A stretch of DNA of 64,000 nt from Bacteroidota bacterium (GCA_016706255.1 JADJJZ010000003.1:1247199-1311198); one strand, 5' to 3'. Positions 30,401 to 39,362 are shown, numbered from the stretch's first letter. The notes: generated by a model from the letters alone, not told the origin. Numbers and translations: made by a program.

Positions 30401-31210
30401 AATGAAAATTTAGTTGTTCAGGGTGATGCTACAAGATTGCGACAGATTCTTTTAAATTTAATTGGTAATGCCATTAAGTTTACTGAGAAAGGATTAATTA
30501 CTACTACAGTAAAATCAGAACAAGTTGGCGAAAATTTGAGTTTGCAGTTTATTATTTCTGACACCGGAATTGGAATAGAGAAAGACAGGATGGAAAAAAT
30601 ATTTGAATCGTTCGAACAAGCTTATAACGATACAACGCGGAAGTATGGTGGTACCGGCTTAGGTTTGAGTATTTCTAAAAAACTGGTTGAATTACATAAT
30701 GGTAGAATATGGGTTGAAAGTGAAAAAGGTAAAGGCAGTCAGTTCCATTTTATTATTCCTTATACAAAAGTAAAAACAACAGTTGAAGCAACTCAGGATG
30801 TTATTGATTTTACTGATGTTCCAAAGCAACTTAAAGGCTTGCACATACTCTTAGTAGAAGATAATCATTACAATGCAATTGTAGCTCAGGAAGAATTGGA
30901 AGATGCTATTGAGGATGTACGGATAGACATCGCAGCGAACGGGATAATTGCCGTGGAAAAATTAAAATCCAACACATTTGATGTGATTCTCATGGATATC
31001 CAGATGCCCGTAATGAATGGATTTGATGCCACCAAAGCAATCAGAAAAATGGAAGGTGAAAAATCAAACACACCAATAATTGCCATGACAGCCAATGTGC
31101 TGAAAGAAGAAGTTGATTTATGTTATGAGGCAGGTATGAACGATTTTATTGGAAAACCATTTGATATAGATGAATTGCTGACTAAAATTCAAAACCTAAT
31201 AAAAAAATGA
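27425..31210 (+). CDS. hybrid sensor histidine kinase/response regulator with beta-propeller (Reg_prop) and Y_Y_Y sensor
   Basis: Signal peptide, Reg_prop repeats, Y_Y_Y (YAYKMQGIDPDW...), a TM segment, HisKA (FLANMSHEIRTPMNAI), HATPase_c (GGTGLGLSISKKLVELHNG), and REC (VILMDIQMPVMNG). Confidence 0.9.
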   Translation: MKHILHIVFILLVSSNCFTQQQYTFTKYTEPHGLTTSSMWQMFKDTTGYLWIYGEPGIARFDGYSSKLFRHNPDDSNRILDYPMSNAFLLPDGNIYIETWEEVRLYDPQKLAFNKPFPYKIHRGLKNYCYSLKNDNNALYFFTDENLTRLSNAEFNSFPLPERWEYGTSSAASDSSSNIMLNISGNVYIFKSNDKRFTKINLYDRFAKSDTTVFSVVYSALEKNFIAISTKHLYRYDKNTDRFIPGLDLHQNGSVKQMSEFNIPLLYQKYYFAFTTDGKLYKLNIETGEEIIIQLNKKIPEHEIKFLNIDGVVDKHGVLWIYSNCMGLFRYEILSDQFEQFIYEPGNEGSIPTNNIITIIPDDEGMAWIGCGVEGLVKMEPVVRVMERLSPDENKKKIVFHNDAINVRSFLETESGYLVGALHGFYNYDATKKEFSEVTGLLRQEPTNVSALARDESGNTWSGTWGGWISIEHPKNNKRISFDKKAGEKEVRDMFCDSKNTMWIATGVGKIFTVNVNEIDFDNPALLKFKPVEYNLNNDSGISNIVFTITEDAEGNMWAGGNKGLYCLKSGEEKWIHYSNIPGDEHSIHGNDVRALEFDKNGNLWIGTNGGGLNRYNKATNNFTHFTTENGLPNDAIYTVLCDNNGMLWLGTNFGLCRFNPDDYSCKNFTLKDGLQNYEFNTNAALKLKDGRLLFGGVDGYNVIDPSKIDNAASPPPTVVISSIKIFDRELPPGDGHLKLTYNENTLTFEFAALSFYLNQDNRYAYKMQGIDPDWIYSNDRRFVTYSNLEPGTYIFKVKACNSNGVWNEEGTQITITITPPWWKTWWFSSGVVLFIILLVLWLFRRNTAALRKNKLILEKTVNQRTADLRTQKEIAEQQKTRAELSEKAKHQFLANMSHEIRTPMNAIKGMTDILIRRNPNDDQKEYLTGIKQSSDSLLVIINDILDISKIDAGKVELEHEPFSINELVNNVYTIMQFKAEEKGLFLQKNIPNENLVVQGDATRLRQILLNLIGNAIKFTEKGLITTTVKSEQVGENLSLQFIISDTGIGIEKDRMEKIFESFEQAYNDTTRKYGGTGLGLSISKKLVELHNGRIWVESEKGKGSQFHFIIPYTKVKTTVEATQDVIDFTDVPKQLKGLHILLVEDNHYNAIVAQEELEDAIEDVRIDIAANGIIAVEKLKSNTFDVILMDIQMPVMNGFDATKAIRKMEGEKSNTPIIAMTANVLKEEVDLCYEAGMNDFIGKPFDIDELLTKIQNLIKK
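30080..31207. repeat. about 1.1-kb transmitter/receiver module, copy 1
   Basis: Aligns base-for-base with 32723..33849. By eye, identity runs from the mid-80s to low-90s percent. Confidence 0.8.
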
Positions 31211-33852
31211 TGTTTAAATTCAAGCATATTAAATTATTTATTTGTTACATTATTTTGTTTCAAACTATTAATTGTTTTGGACAAAACAAAAAATTGCTTG
31301 ATAGTTTATATCATCAACTCGAAATTACCAATGACAGCGCAAATAAGGTAAATCTTTATTATGAGATTGCATCACATGAAAGTGATTACAACAACTTTAT
31401 TGATAATATTGACAGCGCATACCAACTATCGTTAATTTTACGTCAAGAAGATGCACTCCAAAGAAGTTATGACATTTTAAACGCCCGATTATTAAATTGC
31501 AAGGTTGATACACAAAAGGTACTACTTTATTACCGTCTTGTTAATGCTACGTTTGACTCTTTGGTTTCGTTTCAAGCAATTAATGAAGGGTTAAAGCTTG
31601 CGACAAAAATTAAATATGAGCATGGAATTACAAAGGGCTATAATACCCTTGGCCAATCCTACAGAGTATATGGATTAAATTATTGGCCAAAAGCAATTGT
31701 TATGTATGACTCCGCATTAACCATTGCCATAAAAGTGAATAACAAGGCTGACATTGCAACAAGTTACCATAATCTTGGACAGATATACCGTTTTAAAGGC
31801 GATTACGTTCGCGCTCTTGACTATTATAATAAAGCAAATAAATATGCTTTTGAAGCACAAGATACCGTAGAGATGATGTGGAATTACCATGACTTGGGAT
31901 GGATGCGGATTTCGATGAAAGAATATGCATCTGCCATAACATATTTAAATCAAGGTATTTCGCTTGCCGTTGCTACCAATACTACTTATTCAGTTGCTGA
32001 TATAACAATGCATAAAGGTGAAGCGTATTGGTTTATGGGACAGTATGATAGCTCTTTTTACTTTACGAGTAAAGCTTATGAATTATTTAAAACAATCAGT
32101 GCTACTGAGAACATGACCCATTGTCTTAATCAAATGGGATGGGTTTATGAATCACGAGGTCAATGGAAGGAAGCAGAGTATGTATACAGGCAAGCTATTA
32201 ACCTTGCTAATGATTTATCAACAGACTGGATACCTAAATCAAATGCCGGATTAGGGGATGCATTGTTTGGACAAGGTAAATACAAAGAAGCGCTACAATA
32301 TTATGTGGTGGCGGAAAAGGCATTAAGCAACGTAACATTCGACCGGTTAACAAAAGAATGTTATGAAGGGCTCGCAAAAACATATGTGCAATTAGGTGAT
32401 TATAAAAATGCCTACGAAACGCAATTAAAATTAAAGGTTGTCAGTGATTCCCTATTGGCTAATGAAAATGTTGAGAAACTATTAGCGACACAAGCGCAAT
32501 ATGATTTTGATAAGCAAAAAACGGAAGCCAAAATTGCACTTGAAAATCAGGAAACCAAATTAACTAAAGAGCGGTCACAGAAATTAATTTTTTTAAGTGG
32601 CGCTGCTATACTTTTATTGATTGTTATTGGGTTGTATTTCAGGCTTCGCTACACCCGAAAAACACAACAATTATTACAACAAAAAAATGCAATTATAGAA
32701 GCTGAAAAAGAAAAAGCCGAATCCAGCGAAAAAGCTAAACACCAATTCCTGGCTAATATGAGTCATGAAATTCGCACACCTATGAATGCTATAAAAGGGA
32801 TGACGGATATATTAATAAGACGAAACCCTAATGAAGACCAAAAAGAGTATTTAACCGGAATTAAACAATCATCAGATTCATTATTGGTAATTATTAATGA
32901 CATTTTAGATATCTCAAAAATTGAAGCCGGCAAAGTAGAGCTGGAACATGAACCATTTTCTGTAAATGAATTGGTGTATAATGTGCACACCATCATGCAG
33001 TTCAAAGCTGAAGAAAAAGGTTTGTTTTTACAAAAAGATATGCCTCAAGAAAATGTTTTGGTTCAGGGTGATGCAACACGACTGCGACAGATTCTTTTAA
33101 ATTTAATTGGCAATGCCATTAAGTTTACAGAGAAGGGATTAATTACCACTACGGTAAAATCAGAACGGGCATGGGATAAGATGAATTTACATTTTATTGT
33201 TTCTGATACCGGCATTGGTATCGATAAAGACAGAATGGGAAAAATATTTGAATCGTTCGAACAGGCTTATAGCGACACAACGCGGAAGTTTGGTGGCACA
33301 GGTTTAGGTTTGAGTATTTCTAAAAAACTGGTTGAATTACACAATGGTAAAATTTGGGTTGAAAGTGAAAAGGATAAAGGCAGTCAGTTTCACTTTATTA
33401 TTCCTTATACAGTAGTAAAAACGACAGTTGAAGCAGCTCAGGAATCAGCAATCAGTTATGATGCTGTTAAACAATTAAAAGGCTTGCATATATTGTTAGT
33501 AGAAGACAATCATTACAATGCTATTGTTGCGCAAGAAGAACTGGAAGATGCTATTGAAGATGTACAGGTAGAGGTTGCCGCGAATGGATTAATTGCAGTG
33601 GAAAAGTTAAAAGCCGGCACCTTTGATGTGATCCTGATGGATATTCAAATGCCGGTAATGAATGGATTTGATGCCACCGAAGCAATCAGAAATCTGGATA
33701 GTGAAAAAGCGAACACACCAATAATTGCCATGACAGCCAATGTGCTGAAAGAAGAAGTTGACTTATGTTATGCGTCGGGTATGAACGACTTTATTGGAAA
33801 ACCATTTGACACAGATGAATTATTAATTAAAATTATTAACTTAAAAAAATAA
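31207..33852 (+). CDS. hybrid sensor histidine kinase/response regulator with TPR sensor
   Basis: ATGA overlap with the upstream kinase gene. TPR repeats, one TM segment, then a HisKA/HATPase/REC module nearly identical to that of 27425..31210. Confidence 0.9.
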   Translation: MMFKFKHIKLFICYIILFQTINCFGQNKKLLDSLYHQLEITNDSANKVNLYYEIASHESDYNNFIDNIDSAYQLSLILRQEDALQRSYDILNARLLNCKVDTQKVLLYYRLVNATFDSLVSFQAINEGLKLATKIKYEHGITKGYNTLGQSYRVYGLNYWPKAIVMYDSALTIAIKVNNKADIATSYHNLGQIYRFKGDYVRALDYYNKANKYAFEAQDTVEMMWNYHDLGWMRISMKEYASAITYLNQGISLAVATNTTYSVADITMHKGEAYWFMGQYDSSFYFTSKAYELFKTISATENMTHCLNQMGWVYESRGQWKEAEYVYRQAINLANDLSTDWIPKSNAGLGDALFGQGKYKEALQYYVVAEKALSNVTFDRLTKECYEGLAKTYVQLGDYKNAYETQLKLKVVSDSLLANENVEKLLATQAQYDFDKQKTEAKIALENQETKLTKERSQKLIFLSGAAILLLIVIGLYFRLRYTRKTQQLLQQKNAIIEAEKEKAESSEKAKHQFLANMSHEIRTPMNAIKGMTDILIRRNPNEDQKEYLTGIKQSSDSLLVIINDILDISKIEAGKVELEHEPFSVNELVYNVHTIMQFKAEEKGLFLQKDMPQENVLVQGDATRLRQILLNLIGNAIKFTEKGLITTTVKSERAWDKMNLHFIVSDTGIGIDKDRMGKIFESFEQAYSDTTRKFGGTGLGLSISKKLVELHNGKIWVESEKDKGSQFHFIIPYTVVKTTVEAAQESAISYDAVKQLKGLHILLVEDNHYNAIVAQEELEDAIEDVQVEVAANGLIAVEKLKAGTFDVILMDIQMPVMNGFDATEAIRNLDSEKANTPIIAMTANVLKEEVDLCYASGMNDFIGKPFDTDELLIKIINLKK
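32723..33849. repeat. about 1.1-kb transmitter/receiver module, copy 2
   Basis: See 30080..31207. Confidence 0.8.
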
Positions 33853-33858
33853 ACGATC

Positions 33859-34248
33859 ATGTTTAAAAAAAATGCCACCATATTCATTGTAGATGATGAA
33901 CAATTATTATCTGAAATGTTAACCGATTATTTAATGGAACAAAATGAACATTTCAATATTAAATCATTTCCTACAGGAGAAGCCTGTTTGTTGCACTTGG
34001 CTACAGAACAACCTGATGCTGTAATTTTAGATTATTATCTCAATTCAAAAGAAGCAGATGCAGCAAATGGCATTGACATATTGAAGGAAATTAAAAAACT
34101 TAATAAACGTTTACCGGTTATTATGTTATCCAGTCAAAAAAGTTATGGCACTGCTGCAAAAACTATCATGTATGGAGCAATTCATTATGTAATAAAAGGA
34201 CAGGATGCTTTTGAAGAAATTTATCAACTCATAAATGCAAATGTATAA
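33859..34248 (+). CDS. single-domain response regulator (CheY-like receiver)
   Basis: IFIVDDE...AVILDYYL...VIMLSSQ...VIKG receiver signature; 129 aa. Confidence 0.85.
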   Translation: MFKKNATIFIVDDEQLLSEMLTDYLMEQNEHFNIKSFPTGEACLLHLATEQPDAVILDYYLNSKEADAANGIDILKEIKKLNKRLPVIMLSSQKSYGTAAKTIMYGAIHYVIKGQDAFEEIYQLINANV

Positions 34249-34590
34249 ATGGTAGATCTGACATATTTAACAAAGTTTGCGAAAAACAATCCGGTAAAAA
34301 TGCGGCGTTACATTTCGTTGTACCTTGAAGCAGCACCAAGCGCCTTTTCAGCAATGCAACGTGACCTGAAAGCCGAAGATTGGGAGCAACTGCGCATTAA
34401 CGCTCATTCATTAAAACCACAAGCCGATTTAATGGGAATTAATTCGCTAAAAGATGGTCTTATACAGATAGAAGATGCTGTAAAAAAACAGCAGTTTGAC
34501 AAAATCGAAAATCTGTTGAAATCATCACATGTCATTTCCCTGGCAGCAGAAGAAATATTAAAGGAAACGTTAAATCAATATCCGCAATAA
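34249..34590 (+). CDS. Hpt (histidine phosphotransfer) domain protein
   Basis: The start abuts the upstream stop. NAHSLKPQADLMG phospho-His motif; 113 aa. Confidence 0.8.
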   Translation: MVDLTYLTKFAKNNPVKMRRYISLYLEAAPSAFSAMQRDLKAEDWEQLRINAHSLKPQADLMGINSLKDGLIQIEDAVKKQQFDKIENLLKSSHVISLAAEEILKETLNQYPQ

Positions 34591-34950
34591 GAAAGTGACA
34601 TTTTAACGTTACACAAACAAGTACAACAAATTGCCCACAACAATAATTATTCGATTACCATAAGCCCAAATCCCAAAAAGCCGCTTGTAATCGAATAATT
34701 AAAACGATATACACATTATAAATACAAAATCATTTTTTTGGGAATAATATTTTAGTTCTGTTTCGAATTCAAATTTTTCGTGGTTAACCAATTACAGTAT
34801 AATCAAATATAAATTTGAATTCGAACCCATTAATTGTTTATCAAAAACCCAAAAAATCAATGGCCAACCCCAATTATCCCGACCGCAAATCGATTCGTTT
34901 AAATGGTTATGATTATTCAAAAAACGGGTTATATTTTATTACGTTATGTT
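34515..34950. repeat. direct repeat copy 1 (Hpt 3' end + spacer + RAYT 5' end)
   Basis: Near-identical to 35709..36085 except for an extra insert of about 60 nt. The offset between copies is about 1194 bp. Confidence 0.8.
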
Positions 34951-35099
34951 GATATGATCGCATTTGTATGTTTGGTGATATACAATTGGAAAAAAGTGTT
35001 TCGTTAAATGCGGATGGAAATAACAAACAGCAAATAATGATATTGAACAATCCGGGAAAAATTGACAACGAAAATATGGGGTCCTTGGCTTTAGGCTAA
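34860..35099 (+). pseudogene. REP-associated tyrosine transposase (RAYT) pseudogene
   Basis: MANPNYPDRKSIRLNGYDYSKNGLYFITLC, then an in-frame TGA, then YDRICMFGDIQL...ILNNPGKI. It is truncated before the HxH and catalytic Tyr regions. Confidence 0.6.
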
Positions 35100-35148
35100 G
35101 TTATGATAATTTACAGCATTAATTTTTTTATGAGATATGTATCGGCAT

Positions 35149-35556
35149 CTACTCAATCTTAGTAGCATACAGATCTATGTAAAATGGCCCGAGGCCGGGT
35201 TGAAGATGGAAGTGTAGATCGGGGTTGGTAAATTCCAAACTTGGCTTCCATTCGGGGTCGTAGCCGGGATACTGGAATACTTCGCCGGTAAAGTAGAATG
35301 AATATGTTAAAGAAGTATATATGCTGTCATCTACTAGCACCTGATAAACTAAATCAACGATAGAATCCTCCTCGGATTTTTCCAGCGATAATGCATATAA
35401 GACTATGGTATCCGCTTCACTATAACTATATAGAGAACTCTCAACTTTGATTCCCGTGTATTCGCCACACACAACATCACGGTAGTCGTCATGGATATAA
35501 TCATAAGTGCAAGACGATAATCCGATAAGTAAAAACCACAAGATTAAATTTTTCAT
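35149..35556 (-). CDS. hypothetical lipoprotein
   Basis: The ORF is open to 35685, but the lipoprotein signal MKNLILWFLLIGLSSC starts at 35556. Confidence 0.55.
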   Translation of the reverse strand: MKNLILWFLLIGLSSCTYDYIHDDYRDVVCGEYTGIKVESSLYSYSEADTIVLYALSLEKSEEDSIVDLVYQVLVDDSIYTSLTYSFYFTGEVFQYPGYDPEWKPSLEFTNPDLHFHLQPGLGPFYIDLYATKIE

Positions 35557-35708
35557 AGTAGGAGAGATTGTATTGATAATATTTATCAAAGTTAATAAAT
35601 GCCCGTTAATCACGCAATATCTTATGTCACGCCGAAGTAATATTAGATGCTGAGAAGGAGGACCTTTTCGTATTACGTTTTTCACTGATATGCATGATTT
35701 TATTACTG

Positions 35709-36085
35709 ATTGACATCATCACATGTCATTTCCCTGGCAGCAGAAGAAATATTAAAGGAAACGTTAAATCAATATCCACAATAAGAAAGTGACATTTTAA
35801 CGTTACACAAACAAGTACAACAAATTGCCCACAACAATAATTATTCGATTGCCATAAGCCCAAACCTACCAAAGCCGCTTACAATCGAATAATTAAAACG
35901 ATATGCACATAATAATTACAATATCATTTTTTTGGAAATAATATTTTAGTTCGGTTTGAATTAAATATTTTTCACCAAAATCCCAAAAAAATGATGTCCA
36001 GCCAAAATCCGAATGCCCGCAAATCGGTCAGATTAAAAGATTACGATTATGCACAAAATGGGTTGTATTTTATTACCATTTGTTG
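35709..36085. repeat. direct repeat copy 2 (duplicated Hpt 3' end + spacer + RAYT 5' end)
   Basis: Contains a second copy of the last 23 or so codons of the Hpt gene without the rest of that gene. Confidence 0.8.
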
Positions 36086-36128
36086 TTACAAAGGAATTTG
36101 TTATTTCGAAAAATCCCATCCCAACTCC

Positions 36129-36154
36129 GTAGGGGCCGACCCATGTGTCGGCCC
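36129..36154 (-). repeat. REP hairpin inside the RAYT ORF
   Basis: GGGCCGAC-CCATGT-GTCGGCCC. Its reverse complement, GGGCCGACACATGGGTCGGCCCCTAC, equals the intergenic REP at 44381 except for one compensated base pair. A half copy lies at 36188..36201. Confidence 0.75.
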
Positions 36155-36351
36155 TGACGAAAATGCCCATGCGAACGACCACAACAACCCATGTGTCGGC
36201 CAAAACCTAACCATTCAATTAAACGATGCCGGAAAAATGATTGAAAAATGGTATTATAAATTGCCTGAAAAATTTCCGCATGTTAAATGCCATGAAATGG
36301 TGGTAATGCCAAACCATTTTCATTGTATTATTCAAATTGCCGGTTCCGTTC

Positions 36352-36373
36352 GGGCCGACACGCGGGTCGGCCC
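36352..36373. repeat. second GC-rich hairpin inside the RAYT ORF
   Basis: GGGCCGAC-ACGCGG-GTCGGCCC, encoding RADTRVGP. Confidence 0.7.
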
Positions 36374-36629
36374 CGACAGGGCATCATTACCTACGATTAT
36401 GCAATGGTTTAAAACAATGTCAACCAATGAATATATTCGCGGCGTTAAATTATATAACTGGAAACCATTTTATAAAAAAATTTGGCAACGCAATTATTAC
36501 GAACACATCATCCGTGATAAACAATCCTATCTAAATATCACCAATTATATATACAACAATCCCGCGAAATGGAAATTTGATCGATTTAATGATAATAGAT
36601 TGAGGCGATGAAAATTATACGAAACATTT

Positions 36630-36712
36630 GGGCTAGGGATTGAAGCGTAAACCCCGCAGACCGCTTTTTCAGCGGGCGAGGAGTTGCAGCGTAAAGCCCG
36701 ACCCGGCGCGGG
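36630..36712. repeat. GC-rich interspersed element, copy 1
   Basis: GGGATTGAAGCGTAAACCCCGCAGACCGCTTTTTCAGCGGGCGAGGAGTTGCAGCGTAAAGCCCG aligns with 44660..44740. Confidence 0.6.
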
Positions 36713-36844
36713 AATGTGTTGTTGTGGGAAAATGATACCAGCCGGGTAGCCCCCAAATCATCCTTATTTTAAATTTTTGACTGCGATATAAAATATTATT
36801 AGTTTTGGGTTGTTATTGGTAATTCTATTTTTAAAAATATTTCA

Positions 36845-38701
36845 ATGAAACCCATCAATAAAATATTATCTGCATTTTTTATTTTATTTCTGATAACAAA
36901 TTCAGTTATTGGTCAAACTGCCTCAAATGCTGTGCCGGAATTAATTTTTCGCAATGGTGAAGCGCAGCCGGTTGCTGAATTTAGTGACCCGTCAGCATGG
37001 ATAAAAGAAGAGCTTTGGGTGGAAACAAATTTTGATTCGGATTACGATGGCAAACCGGACAGAATGCATGTATTTGTTACACGACAAGCGCAAACACAAT
37101 CGGGGAAATTACAATTGCCGGTAATTTATTCGAGCAGTCCGTATTACGGATTAAAATTATGGACGTTGTTGCGTATGGGTTCCAATAAATATAACTGGAA
37201 TGTGAAAACGGAATTAGGTGAGGAGCCAAAATCAAGAAAACATCCGAATTTTAAAACGCGCACTAAACGGCCATTAATGGAATTTTATTCCAACAATATG
37301 TGGGTGCCGAGAGGATATATCATGGTATATTCATCATCACCAGGAACAGGATTATCGGACGGTGCTCCAACAGTTGGCGGAGAAAATGAATCGCTTGCAC
37401 CAAAAGCTGTTATCGACTGGCTTTGCGGAAGGGCTAAGGGTTATACTACGCGAACCGGAAATGAAGAAGTATTGGCTTTTTGGTGTTCAAAAAAAATAGG
37501 TATGATGGGTGCATCTTACGATGGCACTTTATGTATTGCTGCAGCAACAACAGGTGTTGAAGGACTGGAGGCAATTATTCCGAATGCTCCCGTTACATCA
37601 TTTTATCAATATTATCGTTCCAACGGATTAGTACGTTCACCGGGAGGTTATCCGGGAGAAGATATTGATGTTTTATATGATGTAATTAGTACGGGCGATA
37701 AAAGTAAACGCAAAAATAATAACCGATTAATTCGTGATAGTATTTTAGTAAAAAACCTGGATCGCGCAACAGGTGATTATAATGATTTTTGGGCAACGCG
37801 TGATTATGTAAATAAAATAAATAATATGCATGCTGCCATGTTAATGGCTCATGGTTTTAACGACTGGAATGTGATGACTGAACAAAGTTATCGTTTCTAC
37901 AAAGCTGCTAAGGACAAGGGTTTGCCGGTGCAATTATATTATAATCAGGAGGAGCATGGTGTTGAGCCATCGTTATCTATAATGAATAAATGGTTTACAA
38001 GATATTTATTTGGAATAGAAAATGGTGTGGAGAATGATCCGCCTGTTTATATTGTTCGGGAACATACAGAAGATGCAACAGGTTATGATAGTTATCCGGA
38101 TAAAAATGCAGCACCCGTTACTTTATATTTAGCACCGGATGGTGAAAACGCAGGTAATTTAATTTTTGAAAAAATTGCAGCTATGGTAACAGATACCATT
38201 ACCGATAATTATAAAATTGCAGGTAAAGATTTAATTGAAAATAAAAACAGCGAAAATCGTTTATTATTTGTAACACCGGTTTTGGAAAATGATGTGCGTA
38301 TTTCAGGAATTCCAAAAATTAATTTACGATTGGCAAGTAATCAACCTGCAGTAAATATTTCGGTGTGGCTGGTTGCGTTACCATGGGAAGAAGGTAAGGA
38401 AATTGAAATTTATGATAATATTATCACCAGAGGCTGGGCTGATCCGCAAAATTATCGTTCTATTTCTGATGGCGAATTATTACAAGCCGGCACTTTTTAC
38501 AATTTAAGTTTTGAACTCATGCCTGATGATCAGGTAATTCCAAAAGGTCAGCAAATTGGATTATTGATTTTTTCGAGCGATAAAGAATTTACCCTATGGC
38601 CAAAACCGGGAGCGCAAATTTATTTTGATTTGAACGGAACCTCAATCGTGTTGCCGGTTGTGGGTGGGGTTGAGGCTTTGAAAGGTGCAATTACTAATTA
38701 A
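36845..38701 (+). CDS. pepX: Xaa-Pro dipeptidyl-peptidase (S15 / CocE-NonD family)
   Basis: Signal peptide, GMMGASYDGT nucleophile elbow, AHGFNDWNV, and a C-terminal beta-sandwich domain; 618 aa. Confidence 0.8.
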   Translation: MKPINKILSAFFILFLITNSVIGQTASNAVPELIFRNGEAQPVAEFSDPSAWIKEELWVETNFDSDYDGKPDRMHVFVTRQAQTQSGKLQLPVIYSSSPYYGLKLWTLLRMGSNKYNWNVKTELGEEPKSRKHPNFKTRTKRPLMEFYSNNMWVPRGYIMVYSSSPGTGLSDGAPTVGGENESLAPKAVIDWLCGRAKGYTTRTGNEEVLAFWCSKKIGMMGASYDGTLCIAAATTGVEGLEAIIPNAPVTSFYQYYRSNGLVRSPGGYPGEDIDVLYDVISTGDKSKRKNNNRLIRDSILVKNLDRATGDYNDFWATRDYVNKINNMHAAMLMAHGFNDWNVMTEQSYRFYKAAKDKGLPVQLYYNQEEHGVEPSLSIMNKWFTRYLFGIENGVENDPPVYIVREHTEDATGYDSYPDKNAAPVTLYLAPDGENAGNLIFEKIAAMVTDTITDNYKIAGKDLIENKNSENRLLFVTPVLENDVRISGIPKINLRLASNQPAVNISVWLVALPWEEGKEIEIYDNIITRGWADPQNYRSISDGELLQAGTFYNLSFELMPDDQVIPKGQQIGLLIFSSDKEFTLWPKPGAQIYFDLNGTSIVLPVVGGVEALKGAITN

Positions 38702-38750
38702 AAATATCGCTGTAATTAAATTAATTGTAATATTAATATTTATTTTAATT

Positions 38751-39236
38751 ATGGGAACGTTATACGAAGATATTAAAGTACATTCGGCATGGTTAGTTAA
38801 TGCTTTTAAAGCTGATGGGCTCTTACTTGATAATTCAATTGATAGTATAATTGAAATTGATAAATTTTTTTATAAAAATATGTCAGGTAATGTTCCAAAA
38901 CGTGGTGGTCGTTTATATGGTTCAGGATATGGAGGAATTCTATTTTCGATTGGTGCTTATGTGGGCGAAACGATAATTAAAAATGTTCCCGAAAGCAAAT
39001 GGATTACTGACGATTCACTCGAAGAAGGGACATTATATGTGTCTGTTATTTTGCCGGATGGTGCGGAAATCTTTCCAGTAGAAAAAGTAATTAAGCGCTT
39101 TAAAAATGGGCCTGAAGATGCAATTTATCCTTATGCGCATCAACTTACGCAAAAATTTACAAATAACAAGTTTAATGACGCCTTTTGGGCTTTGAAAGAG
39201 GATATTACCACAAAAAAATGGTGGCAGTTTTGGTGA
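38751..39236 (+). CDS. hypothetical protein
   Basis: ORF open from 38685. ATG at 38751 chosen as the start. No family recognised. Confidence 0.45.
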   Translation: MGTLYEDIKVHSAWLVNAFKADGLLLDNSIDSIIEIDKFFYKNMSGNVPKRGGRLYGSGYGGILFSIGAYVGETIIKNVPESKWITDDSLEEGTLYVSVILPDGAEIFPVEKVIKRFKNGPEDAIYPYAHQLTQKFTNNKFNDAFWALKEDITTKKWWQFW

Positions 39237-39362
39237 AATAATTAATTAACCTTTAAAAGATCTCTACTTTCAAAAATATGGTAACAAAAATGTGAATCAT
39301 ATAAATCTCCGCAATAATTATGTAAGGTGACACGCATGGTTACAAGTTAAATTTGTAACAGT

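Larger units (their letters stand above)
35991..36611 (+). mobile_element. REP-associated tyrosine transposase (RAYT, IS200/IS605-like Y1 family), full length
   Basis: RKSVRLKDYDYAQNGLYFITICC, VVMPNHFHCIIQI (HxH), SLPTIMQWFKTMSTNEYIRG, and WQRNYYEHIIRD (catalytic Tyr motif). Confidence 0.8.

Noticed and set aside
27459-33005. Numerous 60-130-aa ORFs inside or antisense to the two hybrid kinase genes
   Set aside because: They are fully embedded in long, well-supported CDSs and have no independent signals.
36337-36534. Alternate-frame 65-aa ORF inside the RAYT gene
   Set aside because: It starts in the GC-rich hairpin and is embedded in the RAYT frame, which carries all the conserved motifs.
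39349-39356. TAAATTTG as a Bacteroidota -7 promoter element for the PKS operon
   Set aside because: It matches the TAnnTTTG consensus but lies only 7 nt before the GTG start, implying a leaderless transcript. I could not support that from sequence alone, so it is not listed as a feature.
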